A DNA stretch of 64,000 nt, from assembly GCA_963758635.1 (NCBI GenBank), contig CAVWWD010000008.1, forward strand, positions 576,001 to 640,000, given 5' to 3'. The notes beneath the pieces are model-generated. The model saw nothing but the letters and a program-made list of their open reading frames with translations, ran no database searches and was not told the DNA's origin. Shown one piece after another: positions 58,586 through 64,000 of the stretch; position 1 is the first letter of the stretch, and each line of letters begins with the position of its first letter. Origin of the DNA: an uncultured Candidatus Rokubacteria bacterium (GTDB taxonomy: Bacteria; Methylomirabilota; Methylomirabilia; Rokubacteriales; CSP1-6). The translations under genes and the position numbers were made by a program.

Positions 58586-58825
58586 ATGCCGCCGGACCCC
58601 CACGTGGACCGCCTGATGGACAAGCTCCTGCGGGCCGTCGAGGTCTCGCTGCGGGCCACCGAGGCGTCCCGGGAAGCCGTCCAGGAGATCCTCAAGCGCG
58701 GCGCCGAGACCGGCATCTTCTTCGCCGGCGCGGGCAAGCGCGAGGCCGGCGACGGCTTCGACCTCACCGAGCAGGATCGCGACTTCCTCCGCTCGCTCTC
58801 GATCCGGCCCGACCCCAGAGCCTGA
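58586..58825 (+). CDS. Small hypothetical protein
   Basis: Plausible ORF ending LTEQDRDFLRSLSIRPD; -10-like element 7 nt upstream. Confidence 0.6.
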   Translation: MPPDPHVDRLMDKLLRAVEVSLRATEASREAVQEILKRGAETGIFFAGAGKREAGDGFDLTEQDRDFLRSLSIRPDPRA

Positions 58826-58835
58826 GGCGCACCTC

Positions 58836-59075
58836 GTGCGCGCGCTCCTGCTGCTCGCCGTCATCGCCTTCGCCGTGGTCGTCCTGTGGCCGCTCCTGGC
58901 CCAGGTGGCCCGGCGGCGCCTGCCGTCCCGCGGGTCGGACCGGCGCGACGAGCTGGTGAAGGACCCCGTGTGTCAGACCTACGTGGTGATGTCGCGCGCG
59001 GTGCGGACGGGGGAGGGCCCGAGCGCGATCTACTTCTGCAGCCGCGAGTGCGCGGCCCGCTACACGCGAGGGTAG
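58836..59075 (+). CDS. Small membrane protein with TRASH/YHS-like metal-binding motif
   Basis: N-terminal TM helix; VKDPVCQTYV…YFCSREC. Confidence 0.8.
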   Translation: MRALLLLAVIAFAVVVLWPLLAQVARRRLPSRGSDRRDELVKDPVCQTYVVMSRAVRTGEGPSAIYFCSRECAARYTRG

Positions 59076-59083
59076 CGGCGGGC

Positions 59084-59305
59084 GTGAGCGAGGAACGCCG
59101 GCTCCTCGTCTGCGATCTCGACGGCACCCTCGTGGACACGTCCCTCGTGCTCGATCCCGCGCTCGTCGAGGCGTTCCGGGAGGCCGCTGGCCGAGGGCTC
59201 CTGATCGCGCTCGCCACCGGACGCATGCCGCCGGGGGCCGAGCGCTATCGCGAGGAGCTCGGCGTGACCGCGCGAGAAGGAGGACACCGTGCCACGCGTA
59301 CGTGA
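59084..59305 (+). pseudogene. Truncated Cof-type HAD hydrolase
   Basis: DLDGTL (motif I) and ATGR (motif II), then similarity ends abruptly. Confidence 0.7.
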
Positions 59306-59831
59306 GATCGACGATCCCGGAGACGACCCGATCCTCACCGACCTCTTCGCCAAGGAGCGGGAGGTGTTCGGCGATCTGCTGAACACCACCAAGGTCATGG
59401 CGCACTGCCCGCCTATCCTCCGGGCGGCCAAGCAGCTCGGCGCCTCGATCGAGCGCTCGGGCCGGCTGCCGTCGGGCCTGCTCCCGCTGGTCTACCTGCG
59501 CGTCGCCCTCATCAACGGCTGTCCCTTCTGAATCGACATCAACGCATCCCGTGGGATGCAGGCAGGGTCGACGGAGGACAAGGTCCGGCAGGTGCCCGAG
59601 TGGCGGACGAGCACGCTCTTCTCGCCGGCGGAGCGCGTGGCGTTGGAGTACGCGGAGCGGGTCACCATCACCGGCGAGAAGGTGGACGACGATCTCTTCG
59701 GCCGCCTGCGGGCGCAGTTCGACGAATCACAGGTCGTGGAGCTGACGGCGGCGATCGCCCTCGAAAACTTCCGCTCGAAGTTCAACCCCGCGCTGGGCAT
59801 CGAGGCCCAGGGCTTCTGCATGCTGCGGTAG
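59289..59831 (+). CDS. AhpD/carboxymuconolactone decarboxylase-family protein, probable selenoprotein (CPFU; TGA at 59529-59531)
   Basis: ORFs 59289-59531 and 59556-59831 are in frame; the TGA falls at the second C of the family CxxC (NGCPF*IDIN). Confidence 0.85.
59544..59559 (+). promoter_or_regulatory. SECIS-like hairpin
   Basis: GCATCC-CGTG-GGATGC, starting 12 nt after the TGA. Confidence 0.6.
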
Positions 59832-59839
59832 ATCGCTGG

Positions 59840-60570
59840 GTTGCGGGGCATCTGGCCCCGGCCCCGTGCCCCCCGCCACGGCCGCTGGGTGCGCCTGGGG
59901 TGCCGTCGGGAGCGCCAGGCTGGCGCTCTCCTCGGGCATCCAGCGCGCGTACACGCGCAGGAGCACCGCGGCCGAGGCCCACCGGCCTTGACGCTGGACG
60001 TAGAGCGAGGGGCGCGTTCCGGCTCAGGAGGACGCTGGCGAACGTGTGCCGCAGCATCTCCGGGGGCCGGTAGCGGACACCGGCCGCGGTGAGGGCGCGC
60101 TTCCAGGCGCGGGTCACGGCCATCGGCTCCCACGCCTGGCCATCGGGGCGGGTGAACACCAGGGCCTCGGGGTCGAGCGCCTGGACCGGCAGCCGGCGCA
60201 GGGCGGTCAAGACGACGCGCGAGGCGGCGGTCGCTCCGGGCCGCCACTCCGACGTGTCGTCGGCCACCGGGTGCAGGAACGAGACCTCCCGGGCCGTCCG
60301 GGTCTTGGTGGGGCCGATCCGCCCCCGCGTGTAGGTCCGCCGAACCAGGACGACGCCGCGCTCGGCGTCGAGATCGCTCCACCGGAGCGCCGCCACCTCG
60401 CCGGCGCGCATGCCCGTTTGGACCCAGAGCCGGGCCATGGCCGCGAAGGTCGGATCCTGGCGCGCGGCCGTGGTGAGGATGGCGCGCAGCTCGCGCGGGG
60501 TGAAGGGATCCAGGCCCTCCTCGACCTGGGCCGGAAAGCGGCCGACCCCGCGCGCGGGGTTGCCCGATGC
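59840..60570 (-). pseudogene. Tyrosine recombinase/integrase catalytic domain, N-terminally truncated, frameshifted
   Basis: GNPA…PFTPREL, TGMRAGE, TKT, LRHTFAS, RVYARW motifs. Confidence 0.8.
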
Positions 60571-60607
60571 TTCTGCCGGCTCTCTCGTCGTTGCTTCGTC
60601 TCGCCCG

Positions 60608-61003
60608 TCAGTTCGAGAATGCTCCCACCACTAGTGGTGGCTCTGCCTTTACGAGCACGAAGGCCCGCCGGGCCTCCGGGTAGTGGGGATCGACGGGGAC
60701 GTACGCCCCGCCCGCCTTGAGCACGCCGATCAGCCCCACGACAAGTGCGATCGAGCGCTCCATGCACACGACGACGAACCTGTCCGGCCCGACGCCGAGG
60801 TCGCGCAGCGCGTGGGCCAGGCGGTTGGCTCGCCGGTTCAGCTCGCCGTAGCTCAGCTCCTGCCCCAGGAAGGTCACCGCGGTGGCGTGCGGCGACCGCT
60901 CCGCCTGCGTCTCGAACAGCCCGGCCAGGCTCGGCTCCCGCGCCTCGTCAGGCTCACGGGAAGGTCTGGACGCGACTTGCGCAGGGCGCCGAGAACTCAT
61001 CAT
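60608..61003 (-). pseudogene. N-terminal fragment of an NRPS adenylation domain
   Basis: A1 LSYGEL and A2 LKAGGAYVPVDP.YP motifs, then an early stop. Confidence 0.8.
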
Positions 61004-61204
61004 CGAGGCCTCCTCGAGATGTGAGGGGTTGTTTTCACAGTGTCGGACCAGAAGTACATCCGTGCACGCTCCCCCGGAGCCCCTTCAGCCTGGCGCCAAG
61101 GGATCACGAGCTCCAAACTAGCTGGAATCATGATACTCACGACGCGGGTTGCGGGCGAAAACAAACCGCCGGACGAGCTGGCCCTCACGGACCGCAAACA
61201 GTAG

Positions 61205-61220
61205 TGCAGGCCGTGTGCCA
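61205..61220 (-). promoter_or_regulatory. Sigma-54 promoter upstream of the NRPS fragment
   Basis: TGGCAC-ACGGC-CTGCA on the minus strand. Confidence 0.55.
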
Positions 61221-61251
61221 CTGTCCGGCGGCGCATCGGGGCTGGAAGAGC

Positions 61252-61288
61252 ACAAAAGAATCGGGGGCGGCCGATGTGGCCGCCCCCG
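61252..61288 (-). terminator. Intrinsic terminator after the PEP-CTERM gene
   Basis: 11-bp stem CGGGGGCGGCC/GGCCGCCCCCG followed by ATTCTTTTGT on the minus strand. Confidence 0.75.
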
Positions 61289-61318
61289 GTGTTTCCGATC
61301 GTATCGCGCGCGCGAGAA

Positions 61319-62349
61319 CTACTCGCGGGTGCGGGTCCTCCAGCCAAGCAGCCCGAAGCCCGCGAGCCCGAGCCCGATGAGCGCGAGCGAGGCGGGGGCG
61401 GGGATCGGCGTCGAGACCGGCGCGATCCGCATGATTACCATGAAAGCGTTGTCGAAGCCCTCCTGCGCATACGCCAGACCGTTCGCGAAGTCGATGGCGA
61501 TCCTGTGGTCGGCACTGTCGCTGCACTGGAAGATGACGAGCGTCCCTCCGTCGAGACGATATCGCTGCAATCCGGGAACGGCGAAAGGTTGAACTCGAGG
61601 AGGTACTGAATGCCGTTGGAAGTGAACACCTGGTCGTTGAAGTCACTGGTGTCGAAGGTGAACACGTCGTCGCAGGCCGAGCCAAGCGGGTTCTCACCGA
61701 CGCAATCGGCCGCGACGACCTCGTTCAGCGTCTCGATGAACACGATTGGGACCGCGTTGTTGTCCGTGAAGGGCGGGACGCTGTTGATCGTCAGGCTCGT
61801 CTGGGTGGTGATTCCGCCCAGGTAGTTGCCTTCGTTGTCGATGACCCGGTTCAGGTGATCGAGCCGCTGGACCACCACCCACAGACCGTCGTCTCTCAGG
61901 GTGCCGTCCGCGCTGAAGGTGAACACCCCGACGGGCGAAGGCGTCGGGCTGGTAATGTTATCGAACGGGAAGAACACGAGGGAGCTACGGCCAGGGTCAT
62001 TGGTGGGGTCCTGGTTACTGACCACCTCGCCCACAACTCCGCCGTTGGCGCAGTTCGTCACGCCAGGACTGTTGTTGCCGTCAGCCAGGCAGCCCCACGA
62101 GATGCTCCTGTAGGTGCCGGCAGGCGCTGGCGGATCGTTCGGATCCTGGAAGAACTCCAGGCCGCCATGGCCAGCGACGCCGGGACCTGGGAACCCCGGG
62201 CCCCGCGGACCGGCTAACAGGCTGCCCGTCCCGAGAGCGAACCCGCCCGACTGATTCCACGTGAAGTCCACAGCTTCGCCGGCTGCGGTGTGGCCGATCA
62301 CGAGCGCGGCCACCAGACCCACCAACCATCCCCTGTTTCTCTTTGTCAT
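61319..62349 (-). CDS. Secreted PEP-CTERM sorting domain protein (frameshift near 61560)
   Basis: Signal peptide; HLN, ETLN, C…CDD core; C-terminal IPAPASLALIGLGLAGFGLLGWRTR. Confidence 0.85.
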
Positions 62350-62575
62350 CACTACCTCCTAAGCTTGGTTAGAGCTGGACTCGCTACACATTCGCTATTG
62401 CAAGGGGTTAGGGGCAGGCGGCGGGCGCTTGAGTCGTGACGGTCCGGGCGCTGCGCTCGGCCTGAAGGTGCACCGATCGTCGCTCGTCTCAGACCGATCA
62501 TTGCTCTCCTCCCAGCCCCCTGGCGGGGGTTTAGCCATCCAATGCCAGTATAATTACCGACGGGGTAACCCCTTC

Positions 62576-62590
62576 GCAGGTATCATGCCA
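62576..62590 (-). promoter_or_regulatory. Sigma-54 promoter upstream of the PEP-CTERM gene
   Basis: TGGCAT-GATAC-CTGC on the minus strand. Confidence 0.55.
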
Positions 62591-62689
62591 TCGACATAGC
62601 GCAGAGACTGCACTAGGTTGTAAGGCGGTACGTTCTTACCCTGGGCAAATCTGAAAAAATTCCCGACGCCGATCGGGACCCTCTGCGCG

Positions 62690-63390
62690 GCCATCCATCG
62701 CCGTGACGGCGAGGCCGGCGTGCGCCGGATCCTCGGCGTCCTCGCCCTCGCCAAGAAATTCGGCGCCGCGGCCGTCGACGACGGCTGTGGGGCCGCCCTG
62801 GAGCTCGGCGTCGCCGACTACCGCTTCGTGCGGCGCTATCTCGAACGCCACGCTCCGGCCCCGCTGACTCTGCGCCAGGTCGACCCGCTCATCCGCGAGC
62901 TCACCCACTACCGCGATGTCATCGCGCGCAAGACCCAGGAGACGGCCCCATGAACGTCGTCGAGCTGCAACGCGCCCTGCGCCAGCTTCGCTGCTCCGGC
63001 ATGGCCACCGCGCTCGAGGCCCGCCTGCTCGAAGCCCAAGCCGAGCGGCTCGTGCCCCTCGATTTCCTCTCCCGCCTCATTCAGGACGAGCTGCTCCGCC
63101 GCCAGGACCGGCTCCTCGAGCGGCGGGTGAAGCTCGCGGGGTTTCGGGACGCCGACAAACGCCTCGATACCTTTGACTTCGACTTCAACAAGAAGATGCC
63201 GCGCGCCCTCGTCTTCGAGCTCGCCACCGCCCGATGGGTCACCCAGCACGACGATGCCCTCTTCCTCGGCCCCCCCGGCTCTGGCAAGAGTCACCTCGCG
63301 CAAGCCCTCGGCCTCGCCGTCATCCAGCAGGGCCACCGCGTCCTCTACCGGGAGGCCCACCAGCTCCTCGAGGATCTGGCCGCCGTTGAC
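62690..63390 (+). mobile_element. istB: IS21-family remnant: istA 3' end (to 62953) and 5' part of istB (from 62950)
   Basis: istA-like tail LIRELTHY with ATGA overlap; IstB LDTFDFDFN, Walker A GPPGSGKSHLAQALG; similarity lost after LLEDL. Confidence 0.85.
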
Positions 63391-63771
63391 GTGAACGCGC
63401 GCCTGCGGGTCCGGGTCGCGGCGGAGCTCGAAGACCACGGCGGTCAGCGGCGGCCGGCCGGCAGCGGCGCCGGGGAGTTCGGCCCGGCGGAATTGCAGCC
63501 AGGCGCTCGCAATCTCCACGGCGCGCAGGCGCGTGGCGTGATCGGGCCGCCCGTCGGGCGTGACCGCCTCGAGCGCCTCCCGCGCCGCCTGCACGGCCGC
63601 GCGCCAGTGGTCCTCGGTGAAGCCGCCCACCGCCAGGGCCGCGTCCAGCAGGCTCGCGCCGGTCCAGGCGCGCGGCGTGTCCCGAGCCCGGCGCTTCGGG
63701 CGCGCCGGGCCCTTCCCGGCCGCCGGGAGCGATGAGCGTGACTCCTGAGCGTCAGCGCCGGGGGAGGGCAA
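63390..63771 (-). CDS. Hypothetical phage-like protein, 3' end merging into the IS21 remnant
   Basis: …EALEA…PDHATRLRAVEI segment; adjacent to the HTH-like ORF. Confidence 0.35.
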
Positions 63772-63994
63772 GGTAGGTGTGCAGGCGGTGCACGTCGTCG
63801 AGGGTGAGCACGCGGTGGCGGCGCGGATGGGACCCGCGCCGCATGTAGCGCGGGGGGAAGAACTCCTTGCGATGGGTGCTCAGCACGTTGCGCAGGGTCG
63901 CGGGGGCGCGGCAGAAGAGGACCGCCACCGCATCGAGGTAGAAGAGGCACTGCGCGGCCACGTCGGGCGGGAGCGCACTCGGCTCGCGCGTCAC
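63752..63994 (-). CDS. Small putative DNA-binding protein (Xis/MerR-like)
   Basis: AVAVLF…PATLRN…RVLTLDDV HTH/wing-like pattern. Confidence 0.4.
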   Translation of the reverse strand: MTREPSALPPDVAAQCLFYLDAVAVLFCRAPATLRNVLSTHRKEFFPPRYMRRGSHPRRHRVLTLDDVHRLHTYLALPRR

Positions 63995-64000
63995 CGTTCA

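Overview
GC-rich (roughly 70%) bacterial chromosome segment. The gene style resembles Candidatus Rokubacteria/Methylomirabilota (inference, not tested). Many otherwise intact genes carry single-base frameshifts, most likely long-read assembly errors. Bases 1-52.5 kb are mostly core and catabolic genes: a peptide-type ABC transporter, ferredoxin, thiolase/DUF35/CoA-transferase, cimA with a divergent Fe-S hydro-lyase pair, ligA, an Fe(III) ABC transporter behind DtxR/IdeR-like boxes, ccmABCDEFGHI, htpX, yceD-rpmF-plsX-fabHDG-acpP-fabF-rnc, a GlnA-like enzyme, a PhnSTU-like transporter, two collagen-OmpA lipoproteins and glycine-betaine-type oxidation genes. Three families of short dispersed repeats or MITEs sit between these genes. 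Bases 52.5-64 kb are accessory and partly decayed: type III R-M remnants, an SNF2 helicase, a NUDIX hydrolase, an AhpD/CMD-family gene with an in-frame TGA in a CxxU motif and a SECIS-like hairpin (probable selenoprotein), a PEP-CTERM gene, and fragments of an integrase, an NRPS adenylation domain, an IS21 element and phage-like genes. Best leads: the split selenoprotein, the tandem collagen-OmpA lipoproteins, a dsRBD-less RNase III with altered catalytic residues, a stand-alone Fis-HTH gene under a sigma-54 promoter, a CX3C CcmG, the BIME-like repeat family, and repeated leaderless promoter geometry.
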